A stretch of DNA of 64,000 nucleotides from an uncultured candidatus Porisulfidus sp. (GTDB lineage: Bacteria; Pseudomonadota; Gammaproteobacteria; Poriferisulfidales; Poriferisulfidaceae), in assembly GCA_965116025.1 (NCBI GenBank), contig OZ220480.1:1408001-1472000 (forward strand), written 5' to 3'. Positions within the stretch are counted from its first letter, which is position 1. The number at the start of each line of letters is the position of its first letter. The position numbers were made by a program, and so were the translations under genes. Below, in pieces: positions 8,593 to 18,871 of the stretch. The notes beneath the pieces were generated by a model. That model worked only from the letters and a program-made list of their open reading frames with translations, ran no database searches and was not told the origin of the DNA.

Positions 8593-9686
8593 GGCGCTGG
8601 GCATGGGCAGGCGGTCTGGCCGCGTTGCTCGCGGGTTGTGGGGACGAGCCGCTGACCATTGAGGAATTGGTTGGGGAGGCGGCCGATGTGTTCGAGAGCG
8701 ATTGGTGGGGAGGTGAGGAGGAATATGGCTCTAGCCAGTCGACCGAGGCGCTTCGAGTGCCGCCGAAACTCAGCTTGCCGGATACCAGCGCGCAGTTAGC
8801 GATCCCGGAACTTGGCGGAGTCAGCGCGAAGAAGACGGGCCGGGGGGCGGCCTCAGTGTTGCCGGGCTTCATGGAAATGAAAGTGCGGCGGGAAGGAAGC
8901 GCGCGATGGCTGGAGGTGGGGGCGGACCCGGTCACCCTGTGGCCGCATCTTCGCTCTTTCTGGGAAGACCAGGGATTCGAGCTGGTCCAAGAGGCGCCAT
9001 TGCTTGGCATCCTGGAGACGAAGTGGCGCGAGAAGGCGGATGACATCCGGGGACTGGACACGGAATCCGGAGGCCTGTACTACACGGCTTCACGGGAGAA
9101 GTTCCGCTTGCGTATGGAACGCGAGCCTAACGCGTACGCCAACGTGTTCATCACGCGACAAAAACTTGAGGTGGCGGGCTTGGACGCCAACGACACGGTG
9201 ATCTGGAAAGCCGGGCGCCCGGACCCGGAGCGCGAGGCTGAGATGCTGGTCCGCTTGATGGAGCATTTGGGCTCCACTCGGATGGAAAGCGTGGCCACCT
9301 TGGAGGAAGAGGTGGTGGAGGCCACCGTCGGCCTGGACCTGAAGTATATAGGGGGCACCCCGGTGCTGATGGTCGGCGATCAGTACAGTAGCGTGTGGCG
9401 CCAGGTTGGCATCGCCTTGGAGCGGACCGGGCTGTACGTGGTCGATCTTGACCGCGACCAGGGAACCTACGTCTTCCGCTATCGAACGCGAGGCCCCGAT
9501 GGCGGGCCAGCCGATACTCTCCTGGAGGTCCATCTGCTTTCCCGCGAGGAGGATCTGACTCTGCTGACGGTGCATCGGCACAAATCGGACCAGCCAGTGG
9601 ACAAGGACCTGAATCGCGCCGTGTTGCGCGCGATCTTGGCGGGATACTCGCTCACGCCTCGGGAACTCACGGCCGAAGCGGAATAA
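8589..9686 (+). CDS. bamC: Outer membrane assembly lipoprotein BamC/NlpB
   Basis: GTG start overlapping dapA stop, lipobox LAGC, LRVPPKL, GILETKW; conserved dapA-bamC order. Confidence 0.85.
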   Translation: MRRWAWAGGLAALLAGCGDEPLTIEELVGEAADVFESDWWGGEEEYGSSQSTEALRVPPKLSLPDTSAQLAIPELGGVSAKKTGRGAASVLPGFMEMKVRREGSARWLEVGADPVTLWPHLRSFWEDQGFELVQEAPLLGILETKWREKADDIRGLDTESGGLYYTASREKFRLRMEREPNAYANVFITRQKLEVAGLDANDTVIWKAGRPDPEREAEMLVRLMEHLGSTRMESVATLEEEVVEATVGLDLKYIGGTPVLMVGDQYSSVWRQVGIALERTGLYVVDLDRDQGTYVFRYRTRGPDGGPADTLLEVHLLSREEDLTLLTVHRHKSDQPVDKDLNRAVLRAILAGYSLTPRELTAEAE

Positions 9687-9728
9687 CTCGAGAAAGGGAA
9701 CGCGCCGGGCTGCCGGCGCGGAGCGGCA

Positions 9729-10625
9729 TCAGTCGCCTTGGTCTTGTGGCGTGATGCCCGACTGCGCGCGGGACATGGCGAGGTAGGTGATGTTGCCGCG
9801 CCGCGAGACGATGTCCCGAGACTTGTCCTTCTCGACGCATGCGTAGGCCGAGTGGTTGTGGATGGACTCGAAGTTTTCCGATTCCACCTTGTAGGCCCGA
9901 ACCCGGTCGTCCTCGTTGAGTCGCAGGGCCAAATCGCGAACCATATCCTCCACGAACTTGGGGTTGTCGTAGGCGCGTTCGGTGACGAACTTCTCGTCTG
10001 GACGCTTCAGCAGTCCGTACAGTTCGCAGGACGCTTCGCTTTCGGCCATCTCGATCAACTCCTCGATCCACAGCGGGCGGGCCAAGGTCACGGTGAGCGT
10101 GATTCTCGAGCGCTGGTTGTGCGCGCCGTATTCCGAGATGTTCTTGGAGCAGGGGCACAGGCTGGTGACCGGGATCTCGACGGACGCGATCAGCCGCGTG
10201 TCGCCGCGATTGAAATTTCCGCGCAGGCGGACCCGGTAATCCAGATAGCTGCGAACGCCGGATACGGGCGCGGCCTTGTTCATGAAGAAGGGAAAGGCCA
10301 TCTCGATGTGCCCCTCCTCCGCGTCGAGCCGCGTCGCCATGCCGTGCAGCAATTCGCCGAAGTTTTCCAGAGAGATCGCTTGTCGGTGGTCCTGCAGGAC
10401 ATGCACGAAGCGCGACATGTGGGTGCCCTTGACCTCGGGCGGTAGGTTGACCGTCATGGTTAGGCGCGCGACCGTGGGTTGCGGCGCACCACCGCGGTCC
10501 ACGAACTCGATCGGATGCAGGATGTCCTTGATGCCGACCCGGTTGATCGGGATCGCGCGCGTGTCCGAAAGGCTCTGCTCATCGTGCAGGGATTCGTCGC
10601 TTTGGATAGGGTCTGGGTGGGCCAT
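9729..10625 (-). CDS. folE2: GTP cyclohydrolase I type 2
   Basis: [39 protein letters not shown]. Confidence 0.95.
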   Translation of the reverse strand: MAHPDPIQSDESLHDEQSLSDTRAIPINRVGIKDILHPIEFVDRGGAPQPTVARLTMTVNLPPEVKGTHMSRFVHVLQDHRQAISLENFGELLHGMATRLDAEEGHIEMAFPFFMNKAAPVSGVRSYLDYRVRLRGNFNRGDTRLIASVEIPVTSLCPCSKNISEYGAHNQRSRITLTVTLARPLWIEELIEMAESEASCELYGLLKRPDEKFVTERAYDNPKFVEDMVRDLALRLNEDDRVRAYKVESENFESIHNHSAYACVEKDKSRDIVSRRGNITYLAMSRAQSGITPQDQGD

Positions 10626-11005
10626 GGAGTCCGCTCTTTGAATATTCAGGCTCGCCCATATTACTCTGGAAGAGGCATCGGAGCAAACGTCGGATTTCCA
10701 GGCCGAGGCGTCGCTCCCGAATGAGCTCCAAGGTGTCACGGCAACTCGTCGAGACCTTGAGGTATGGCTGTTACTATGGAATTCGATGGGGCTGGGAGTC
10801 AGGCGTCGAGGCTCGTAGGGCCGCGCTCCCGCGCCTGCTGACGATATCGAGTTGCTCGTCTCGCGCGTGGCGGTGCCGGACATGTTCGGGTCATGTTAGA
10901 CTGTCGCCACACGCCCTCGACAAACGGATTTGACCAAGGGGGCATTCCGAATTAACCGACGGTTGGAATTTTAAGGCGGTCCGGCCAAGAACAAGGGATG
11001 AAATC

Positions 11006-11326
11006 ATGATCGAGACGATCGTTCAACTCGGCACCGCGGCGGCCATTCTGGCATTTCTTTGGAGTCTGCACCGGGATTCCGGCAAGTTGCACCGGGACAT
11101 GACCGAGCTTCACAAGGACATGGCCGCCCACCGCAAGGAGACGAGCCGAGACATTGCCAGCCTCCGCGAGGACATGGCCATCCACCGCAAGGAAACGAGT
11201 CGGGATATCGCTGATCATCGCAAGGAGACGAGTCAGGATATCGCCGCCCTTGGCCAGCGGATGGCGCGGGTGGAGGGCTTGCTGGAAGGCCTCGCCGCGC
11301 GCCGACCGCAAGATTTTCAAGACTGA
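11006..11326 (+). CDS. Small N-terminal membrane-anchored coiled-coil protein, copy 1 (106 aa)
   Basis: Hydrophobic N-terminus IVQLGTAAAILAFLWSL, 7- and 11-residue repeats (RKETSRDIA), C-terminal RMARVEGLLEGL; SD-like aaggga. Confidence 0.8.
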   Translation: MIETIVQLGTAAAILAFLWSLHRDSGKLHRDMTELHKDMAAHRKETSRDIASLREDMAIHRKETSRDIADHRKETSQDIAALGQRMARVEGLLEGLAARRPQDFQD

Positions 11327-11515
11327 CGAGCCGCGCGTTCGGGCGCGCCTTGCGATACTGGGGTTGCTCGTCCCGCGTGGCGGTGCTGGGCATGTTCGGG
11401 TCATGTTAGACTGTCGCCACACGCCCTCGACAAACGGATTTGATCAAGGGGGCATTCCGAATTAACCGACGGTTGGAATTTTAAGGCGGTCCGGCCAAGA
11501 ACAAGGGATGAAATC

Positions 11516-11869
11516 ATGATCGAGACGATCGTTCAGCTCGGCACCGCGGCGGCCATTCTGGCATTTCTTTGGAGTCTGCACCGGGATTCCGGCAAGTTGC
11601 ACCGGGACATGACCGAGCTTCACAAGGACATGGCCGCCCACCGCAAGGAGACGAGCCGAGACATTGCCAGCCTCCGCGAGGACATGGCCATCCACCGCAA
11701 GGAAACGAGTCGGGATATCGCCAGCCTCCGCGAGGAGACGAGCCGGGATATCGCTGATCATCGCAAGGAGACGAGTCAGGATATCGCCGCCCTTGGCCAG
11801 CGGATGGCGCGGGTGGAGGGTTTGCTGGAAGGCCTCGCCGCGCGCCGACCGCAAGATTTTCAAGACTGA
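11516..11869 (+). CDS. Small membrane-anchored coiled-coil protein, copy 2 (117 aa)
   Basis: Same as copy 1 plus one 33-nt repeat. Confidence 0.8.
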   Translation: MIETIVQLGTAAAILAFLWSLHRDSGKLHRDMTELHKDMAAHRKETSRDIASLREDMAIHRKETSRDIASLREETSRDIADHRKETSQDIAALGQRMARVEGLLEGLAARRPQDFQD

Positions 11870-12058
11870 CGAGCCGCGCGTTCGGGCGCGCCTTGCGATA
11901 CTGGGGTTGCTCGTCCCGCGTGGCGGTGCTGGGCATGTTCGGGTCATGTTAGACTGTCGCCACACGCCCTTGACAAACGGATTTGATCAAGGGGGCATTC
12001 CGAATTAACCGATGGTTGGAATTTTAAGGCGGTCCGGCCAAGAACAAGGGATGAAATC

Positions 12059-12433
12059 ATGATCGAGACGATCGTTCAGCTCGGCACCGCGGCGGCCATT
12101 CTGGCATTTCTTTGGAGTCTGCACCGGGATTCCGGCAAGTTGCACCGGGACATGACCGAGCTTCACAAGGACATGGCCGCCCACCGCAAGGAGACGAGCC
12201 GAGACATTGCCAACCTCCGCGAGGACATGGCCAGCCTCCGCGAGGAGACGAGCCAAGATATCGCCGGTCTCCGTGAGGACATGGCTATCCATCGCAAGGA
12301 AACGAGCCAGGATATCGCTGATCATCGCAAGGAGACGAGTCAGGATATCGCCGCCCTTGGTCAGCGTATGGCGCGGGTGGAGGGTTTGCTGGAAGGCCTC
12401 GCCGCGCGCCGATCGCGAGAGTCGAAAGCTTAA
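12059..12433 (+). CDS. Small membrane-anchored coiled-coil protein, copy 3 (124 aa)
   Basis: Same as copy 1 plus an 18-aa (7+11) module and a different C-terminal tail. Confidence 0.8.
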   Translation: MIETIVQLGTAAAILAFLWSLHRDSGKLHRDMTELHKDMAAHRKETSRDIANLREDMASLREETSQDIAGLREDMAIHRKETSQDIADHRKETSQDIAALGQRMARVEGLLEGLAARRSRESKA

Positions 12434-12647
12434 CGGGGTCGCGCGCGGTCCCGAAACCGTTCCCAGACGTTGTTTCGCGCGGCTCTGGACGTGTTTTAGC
12501 TAGGGCGATGGCGATCAAGGAGAAGAATTTGGCGGATGGGTTTTTCTGGCCAGTCGCTCGCTTGGCCCGTTTCGGCGAAATCGGAGCCAGTCGCTCGCCT
12601 TTCCGCTCCGCCTCGATGCGGGGACGGGCGTTTCGTGGACTAGCCCC

Positions 12648-15317
12648 ATGACGTCGCCGCGCGCCGAGCGGCAGGATGTCGATCCTCTAGAAACCCAAGA
12701 GTGGCTGGAGGCCCTGGATTCGGTTTTCAAAGAGGAAGGCCCGGCGCGCGCCCATTATTTGATCGAGCGTCTGCTGGACCGCGCGCGGCGCTCCGGCCTG
12801 ACCATTCCGTACAGCGCGACGACGGCCTACCTCAACACCATTCCCGCGGCGCGGGAGGAGAATTGCCCGGGAGACGCCGCCTTGGAGTGGCGCATCCGCT
12901 CGCTGATCCGGTGGAACGCCATGGCGATGGTGGTGCGGGCGAACCAAGAGCATCCTGGCTTGGGCGGGCACGTGGCCACGTTCGCGTCGGTGGCCACCCT
13001 GTACGACGTCGGCTTCAATTACTTCTGGCGCGCGCCAGGCGAGGACCACGGCGGGGACCTGGTGTTCTTCCAGGGGCATTCGGCTCCGGGCGTTTACGCT
13101 CGCGCTTACCTAGAAGGCCGACTCGACAAAGAGCGCTTGCACCGCTTTCGCCGAGAGAGCGAGGGCGGCGGCCTGTCCTCGTACCCTCACCCGTACCTGA
13201 TGCCGGATTTTTGGCAGTTCCCGACCGTGTCCATGGGGCTGGGCCCGATCCAGGGAATCTATCAGGCGCGCTTCATGAAGTATCTCGACCACCGCGGCTT
13301 GCTGGACGCGGGCGACCGCAAGGTTTGGGTGTTCGTCGGGGACGGTGAGATGGACGAGCCGGAGTCGGTCGGCGCTCTTTCAGTGGCTGGGCGAGAGCGG
13401 CTCGACAACCTGATTTTCGTGGTCAACTGCAACCTGCAGCGCCTGGATGGCCCGGTGCGGGGCAACGGCAAGATCATCCAGGAGCTTGAAGGCGTGTTCC
13501 GTGGCGCTGGCTGGAACGTCATCAAGTTGATCTGGGGTTCCTACTGGGATCCGTTGCTGGCTCGGGATGTCCAGGGCGTTCTGCTCAAGCGGATGGAGGA
13601 GTGCGTCGACGGGGACTACCAGACCTACAGCGCGCGCGATGGCGCGTACGTCCGCGAGCATTTTTTCGGCAAGTATCCGGAGCTCGCGGAGATGGTCGCC
13701 AACCTGGCCGACCGGGACCTGTGGCGTCTGAACCGCGGCGGCCACGATCCGCACAAGGTGTACACCGCCTACCGCGCCGCCGTCGCTCACCGAGATCAGC
13801 CGACGGTCATTCTGGCCAAGACCGTCAAGGGCTATGGAATGGGAACGGCCGGAGAGGGGCTCAACATCACGCATCAGCAGAAGAAGTTGAGCGCGGATGA
13901 TTTGAAGGCGTTCCGTGATCGCTTCAAGATTCCGATCAGCGACGACGAGATTGAGGATCGGATTCCGTTTTATCGTCCGAGCGACGACAGCCCGGAGATC
14001 CGCTACCTGAAGGCTCGGCGCGCGGCTTTGGGCGGATATCTGCCGGCGCGCCGCCGGTCCGCCGCGCCGTTGCGCGTTCCGGACGGGATCCTTGACAAGA
14101 TGCTCGCTGGCACGGACGGACGCGAGATTTCCACCACCATGGCGTTGGTGCGAACGCTGTCCTGCTTGTTGCGCGACCCGGAGCTGGGCCCGCGGGTGGT
14201 GCCGATCGTGCCGGACGAATCCCGGACTTTCGGTATGGAAGGCATGTTCCGCCAGTTAGGAATCTACGCGCCGTTCGGGCAGTTGTATGAGCCGGAGGAC
14301 GCGGGCCAGCTGGCCTATTACCGAGAGGAGAGGACCGGGCAGGTTCTGGAGGAGGGCATCAACGAGGCGGGCGCGATGAGCTCGTTCCTGGCGGCCGGGA
14401 CTTCCTACAGCGCGCACGGCATGCAGATGGTTCCGTTTTACATCTTCTATTCGATGTTCGGCTTCCAGCGCGTGGGCGACCTGATCTGGTCGGCGGGCGA
14501 CCTGCAGGCGCGCGGCTTCCTGATCGGCGGCACCGCCGGGCGCACCACGTTGCCCGGAGAGGGGTTGCAGCACCAGGACGGGCACAGCCATCTCGCGGCT
14601 TCCGGAGTGCCGAATTGCTATCCGTACGACGCCGCCTACGCTTATGAGGTGGCGGTGATCGTCGAGGATGGCTTGCGGCGCATGTGCGAGTTGCAGCAGA
14701 ATCGCTTCTACTACCTAACGGTCGAGAACGAGAGCTACGCGCATCCCCCCATGCCCGAATCCGCGCGGGAGGGAATCCTGGCGGGACTGCATCCGGTCGC
14801 GCGGGCGCGGGATCCAGACGCGGTCCGCGTGCAATTGCTGGGCTCTGGAGCCATTCTGCGCGAGACTCTGGAGGCCGCCGAGAGATTGCGCGCCCACGGG
14901 GTGGAGTCGGACGTGTGGAGCGTCACCAGCTTCGCGTTGCTGGCGCGCGATGGCGCTCGGGTGGCGCGGCATAATCGCCTGCATCCCGAAAGTCCGCGGG
15001 TTTCTTGGGTTGAGCGTTGCTTGGCCGACCATCCTGGGCCGATCATCGCGGCCAGCGACTACGTTCGCATGCACGCGGAGCAGATTCGCTTTTGCCTGCC
15101 CGCTGGGCGCGACTATCGGACGCTTGGCACCGACGGTTTCGGACGAAGCGACACGCGGGAGAAGTTGCGCGAGTTTTTCGAGGTCAACGCTGATCACATC
15201 CTGCATGCCGCGGCGCGGGCGCTTGAGGATTCGGGGCGGATCGGCGCGGCGGCGGCGCGAAAGATCGTGGCCGAATGCGCGGTGGATCCGAACCGCCCGG
15301 ATCCGCTCGCCTCATGA
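12648..15317 (+). CDS. aceE: Pyruvate dehydrogenase E1, homodimeric type
   Basis: DPLETQEWL, FPTVSMGLGP, GDGEMDEPES, LQHQDGH. Confidence 0.97.
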   Translation: MTSPRAERQDVDPLETQEWLEALDSVFKEEGPARAHYLIERLLDRARRSGLTIPYSATTAYLNTIPAAREENCPGDAALEWRIRSLIRWNAMAMVVRANQEHPGLGGHVATFASVATLYDVGFNYFWRAPGEDHGGDLVFFQGHSAPGVYARAYLEGRLDKERLHRFRRESEGGGLSSYPHPYLMPDFWQFPTVSMGLGPIQGIYQARFMKYLDHRGLLDAGDRKVWVFVGDGEMDEPESVGALSVAGRERLDNLIFVVNCNLQRLDGPVRGNGKIIQELEGVFRGAGWNVIKLIWGSYWDPLLARDVQGVLLKRMEECVDGDYQTYSARDGAYVREHFFGKYPELAEMVANLADRDLWRLNRGGHDPHKVYTAYRAAVAHRDQPTVILAKTVKGYGMGTAGEGLNITHQQKKLSADDLKAFRDRFKIPISDDEIEDRIPFYRPSDDSPEIRYLKARRAALGGYLPARRRSAAPLRVPDGILDKMLAGTDGREISTTMALVRTLSCLLRDPELGPRVVPIVPDESRTFGMEGMFRQLGIYAPFGQLYEPEDAGQLAYYREERTGQVLEEGINEAGAMSSFLAAGTSYSAHGMQMVPFYIFYSMFGFQRVGDLIWSAGDLQARGFLIGGTAGRTTLPGEGLQHQDGHSHLAASGVPNCYPYDAAYAYEVAVIVEDGLRRMCELQQNRFYYLTVENESYAHPPMPESAREGILAGLHPVARARDPDAVRVQLLGSGAILRETLEAAERLRAHGVESDVWSVTSFALLARDGARVARHNRLHPESPRVSWVERCLADHPGPIIAASDYVRMHAEQIRFCLPAGRDYRTLGTDGFGRSDTREKLREFFEVNADHILHAAARALEDSGRIGAAAARKIVAECAVDPNRPDPLAS

Positions 15318-16597
15318 GCCAGGAAATTCGGGTTCCCGACATGGGGGACATCGAGGACGCGGAGGTGATCGAGGTCTTCGCGCGGGCTGGGCAGTCCATC
15401 ACCCAGGACGAGCCGCTGATCACCTTGGAATCGGACAAGGCCGCCATGGATTTGCCGGCTCCGTTCGGTGGAGTGGTAGAGGCCATGCACGTGAAGGTCG
15501 GGGATCGGGTGGCGGCGGACGCGCTGGTCGCGACCCTGACCGACCGGCCGGAAGCTACGGCGCCGGAACCCGGTTCTGCCGAGGGTGAGCCTGCCCCGCG
15601 TCCCGAGCCCGTTCCCGCTCCTCCGGTTGTTGAATCCGCCGTCAGTCCAGTTTCGCCGCCAGCGGTTCCAGAGTCTCCCCGCCTCGGCGCGGCGCCCCAT
15701 GCTGGGCCTGCCGTGCGCCGGTTCGCGCGCGAGTTGGGCGTGGATCTGGAGCGGGTCTCCGGTAGCGGGCGCAAGGGTCGGATTACCCGGGAGGACATCC
15801 AGCATTACGTGAAGGCGATCCTGACCCGGCGGCAGGAGTCGACGGTCGCCGTCCGTCCGTCCGGTCCGCCGGTGGACGCTGATCGGTTCGGACCGACCCG
15901 AATCGAGCCGCTGACGAGGATTCGGAGACGTTCCGGCGCGAACCTGCAGCGCAACTGGCAAGTGGCCCCGCACGTCACCCAGCATCATAGGGCCGACATC
16001 ACCGAATTGGATCGTGTCCAGCGGGGTCTGCGCGAGAGGAAAGGCTTCGAGGCGCTGACCATCACGGCCTGCGCGCTGCGGGCTTGCGCGCAAACGCTGA
16101 GACGCTTTCCTCGAATTAATGCGTCGCTGAGCGAAGATGGGCGGGATCTGGTGATTCGCGAGTACATCCATATCGGGTTCGCGGCGAACACCGATCAGGG
16201 ATTGGTCGTCCCGGTCGTTCGCGACGCCGATCAGAAGCCGGTTCCCGTTCTCGCTGAGGAGATCGCCGCTTTGGCCGAACAGGCGCGGACCCAGCGATTG
16301 TCGGCCGATGACATGCGGGGCGGCGGCTTCACCCTGTCCAACCTCGGCGGCGTCGGAGGCGGGCATTTCACTCCCGTCATCAACCTTCCTCAGGTCGCGG
16401 TGCTAGGCGTCTCGCGCGCCGTGCGCGAGCCGGTCTGCGTCGAAGACCGGATCGAATCGAGATTGATGATGCCGTTCTCGCTATCTTACGATCATCGCGT
16501 CATCGATGGCGTGGAGGGGGCCCGGTTCGTGATGGAATTGGCTTCGTTGCTGGAGCGGCCCGATCAGTTGGACTGGGGAGAGGAGGGAATTCCGTGA
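15314..16597 (+). CDS. aceF: Dihydrolipoamide acetyltransferase E2 (one lipoyl domain)
   Basis: ESDKA lipoyl motif, GSGRKGRI, SYDHRVIDG. Confidence 0.95.
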   Translation: MSQEIRVPDMGDIEDAEVIEVFARAGQSITQDEPLITLESDKAAMDLPAPFGGVVEAMHVKVGDRVAADALVATLTDRPEATAPEPGSAEGEPAPRPEPVPAPPVVESAVSPVSPPAVPESPRLGAAPHAGPAVRRFARELGVDLERVSGSGRKGRITREDIQHYVKAILTRRQESTVAVRPSGPPVDADRFGPTRIEPLTRIRRRSGANLQRNWQVAPHVTQHHRADITELDRVQRGLRERKGFEALTITACALRACAQTLRRFPRINASLSEDGRDLVIREYIHIGFAANTDQGLVVPVVRDADQKPVPVLAEEIAALAEQARTQRLSADDMRGGGFTLSNLGGVGGGHFTPVINLPQVAVLGVSRAVREPVCVEDRIESRLMMPFSLSYDHRVIDGVEGARFVMELASLLERPDQLDWGEEGIP

Positions 16598-17997
16598 AAT
16601 CGATCGATCTGGTGGTGATCGGGGGCGGCCCCGGGGGCTACAGCGCCGCGTTCCGGGCATCGGACCTGGGCATGAAGGTGGCGCTGGTGGAATCGCGCCC
16701 GCGTCTAGGCGGCGTGTGCTTGAACGTCGGTTGCATTCCGTCCAAGACGCTTCTGCATGCGGCCAGCCTGATAGAGGACGCGGCGGAATGGCGGGAGCGG
16801 GGCGTGGCGTTCGACCCGCCGCGAATCGATCTGGAGGCGTTGCGCGACTGGAAGGAGAGAAGCGTCGCGCGATTGGCCGACGGTCTCGGCGCGCTGGCCA
16901 AGCGTCGCGGGGTCGAGGTGGCGGTCGGCAGAGGAGAATTCGCGTCCGCGCATACGCTCGTGGTCGAGACCGCGCGGGGAAAAGAAGAGACGCGCTTCGG
17001 ACAGGCCATCATCGCGACGGGATCCCGGCCGATCAAGTTGGAGGCGTTTCCGGATGATTCCCGGATCCTGGATTCCTCGTCCGCGCTCGATCTGTCAGAG
17101 ATTCCAGGGCGGTTGCTGGTCGTGGGGGGCGGCGTCTTGGGTCTGGAGCTCGCCACGGTGTTCCGCGCCTTGGGATCGCGGGTCACCGTGGTGGAGGCGC
17201 GGGAGCAGGTGATGGGGGAGGCCGACAAGGACGTGGCGCGCGCCTATCTCAAGCGCAACGCGAAGCGATTCGCCGCATTGCGCACGAGCGCCCGGATAGA
17301 GAAGGTGGAAGCGAAAGAGGGTGAAGTCGCGGCGCGAATCAGGGGCGCGGAACGCCAATGGGAAGAGGCGTTCGACGCGGCGCTGGTGGCGGTCGGACGA
17401 GTGGCGAACAGCCAGGGTCTGGGTCTGGAGAGCGCCGGGGTCGAGTTGGAAGAATCTGGCGTGATTCCCGTCAATCACCAGCAACGCACGAATATTCCTC
17501 ACATCTTCGCCGTCGGCGACGTGACGGGCGCGCCGATGCTGGCGCATCGGGCTTCTTACCAAGGCCGGCTGGCGGCGGAAGTCGCGGCGGGCATGAGGTC
17601 CGCGTATGAGGCGAGAGTCGTTCCCTCGGTGGCTTACACTGATCCGGAGGTCGCGTGGGCGGGGCTGACCGAGCGCGAGTGCAAGGCTCGCGGGATCGCG
17701 TATGAGCGGGGCGTTTTCCCGTGGGCGGCGAGCGGCCGGGCGGTCGGGATCGGCCGCGTCGAGGGCATGACCAAGTTGCTGTTCGATTCGGAGACGAAGC
17801 GTCTGGTCGGAGCGGCCGTGGTCGGCGTCCATGCCGGAGAGTTGATCGCGGAGGCCGCGTTGGCCATCGAGACCGGCTGCGAGGCGGGAGACATCGCCGG
17901 CACGATCCATCCGCACCCGACGTTCTCGGAGACCTTGGCGCAAGCCAGCGAGGTGGCTCAGGGGACGGCGACGGAGATTCTGACTACGAGGGAGTGA
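16594..17997 (+). CDS. lpdA: Dihydrolipoamide dehydrogenase
   Basis: GGGPGGY, GGVCLNVGCIPSK, HPHPTFSE. Confidence 0.96.
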   Translation: MKSIDLVVIGGGPGGYSAAFRASDLGMKVALVESRPRLGGVCLNVGCIPSKTLLHAASLIEDAAEWRERGVAFDPPRIDLEALRDWKERSVARLADGLGALAKRRGVEVAVGRGEFASAHTLVVETARGKEETRFGQAIIATGSRPIKLEAFPDDSRILDSSSALDLSEIPGRLLVVGGGVLGLELATVFRALGSRVTVVEAREQVMGEADKDVARAYLKRNAKRFAALRTSARIEKVEAKEGEVAARIRGAERQWEEAFDAALVAVGRVANSQGLGLESAGVELEESGVIPVNHQQRTNIPHIFAVGDVTGAPMLAHRASYQGRLAAEVAAGMRSAYEARVVPSVAYTDPEVAWAGLTERECKARGIAYERGVFPWAASGRAVGIGRVEGMTKLLFDSETKRLVGAAVVGVHAGELIAEAALAIETGCEAGDIAGTIHPHPTFSETLAQASEVAQGTATEILTTRE

Positions 17998-18028
17998 CCC
18001 GGAAAAGCGGGATTCATTGACGATGCCA

Positions 18029-18871
18029 TTAGAGCGTCGCGAGGCAGATCCGCGGCAAGCCCGCGAGATCGGTCAACGTCTTCGGTCGGCCCCATCCCGC
18101 TCGCGCGACGATTTTCCGGCAAGTCGCGCCTTGGTCCGCGCCGTGCTCCAGCAGCAACCGGGCGCGCCGCCGCGCCCGACTCCGCGCCCGTTCGGCCAAG
18201 ACCCGGAGCGCTTGGGTCCCCGAGGCGGGGGCGACCAGAGCGTGGCGAGGCTCCCGGCGCACGCCGGGAGACCGCAGACACGGATCGTGCGGGGCGACGT
18301 ACGGCGGGTTGCCGAGAATCAGGTCGAAGGTCGCGTCGGGCCATGGGCCGCGCCAGTCGCCGCGGGCGAAGCGGACGTTCTCGAGTCGCAGACGCGAGGC
18401 GTTGCCTCGCGCTAGCCGGACCGCGGCGCGCGACAGATCCAGAGCCAGAACTCGGCAGTCCGGCCGGGCGCGGGCCAGAGCTAGGGCGAGCGCGCCGCTG
18501 CCTGTTCCCCATTCGAGGACGCGCGCGCGCGGTGGGAGGTCAAGCGTGGCGCGTTCCGCCAGCAACTCCGTCTCCGGGCGAGGGGCCAGCGTCTGGAGCG
18601 TCAGCCGGATCGAGAAGTCCAGAAAATCGGATTCGCCCAGCAAATGGTCGATCGAACGCCCTTCCCGTCGGCGCCGGATCAGGGATTCGCCCCGCGCTTG
18701 TTGCGCGGGCGTCAGTGGAAGTTCCGGGCGCGCCAGGAGCCAGGCTCGGGAATGGCGCAGGGCGTGGCTCCACAGCCATTCGGCGTCGCTGGCCGGACTG
18801 TCGCTGCAGGAGCTCAGTCGGGTTCGGGATTCCAGCAGCGCCTGGCGGAGCGCGCGCGGCTTATCCGTCAC
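18029..18871 (-). CDS. prmC: Release factor glutamine methyltransferase
   Basis: PRPETE, GTGSGA, NPPY; follows prfA; GTG start inferred. Confidence 0.92.
   Translation of the reverse strand: MTDKPRALRQALLESRTRLSSCSDSPASDAEWLWSHALRHSRAWLLARPELPLTPAQQARGESLIRRRREGRSIDHLLGESDFLDFSIRLTLQTLAPRPETELLAERATLDLPPRARVLEWGTGSGALALALARARPDCRVLALDLSRAAVRLARGNASRLRLENVRFARGDWRGPWPDATFDLILGNPPYVAPHDPCLRSPGVRREPRHALVAPASGTQALRVLAERARSRARRRARLLLEHGADQGATCRKIVARAGWGRPKTLTDLAGLPRICLATL

Larger units (their letters stand above)
10851..12433 (+). repeat. Three-unit tandem array (periods 510 and 543 bp): conserved leader plus small coiled-coil gene
   Basis: ATGs at 11006, 11516 and 12059 are each preceded by a near-identical ~150-nt leader. 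Confidence 0.95.

Noticed and set aside
10851-12433. CRISPR array or integron cassette array
   Set aside because: Units are whole-gene duplicates with no unique spacers. GTTAGAC fits the attC core GTTRRRY, but there is no matching RYYYAAC inverse core and no integrase or cas gene in the window.
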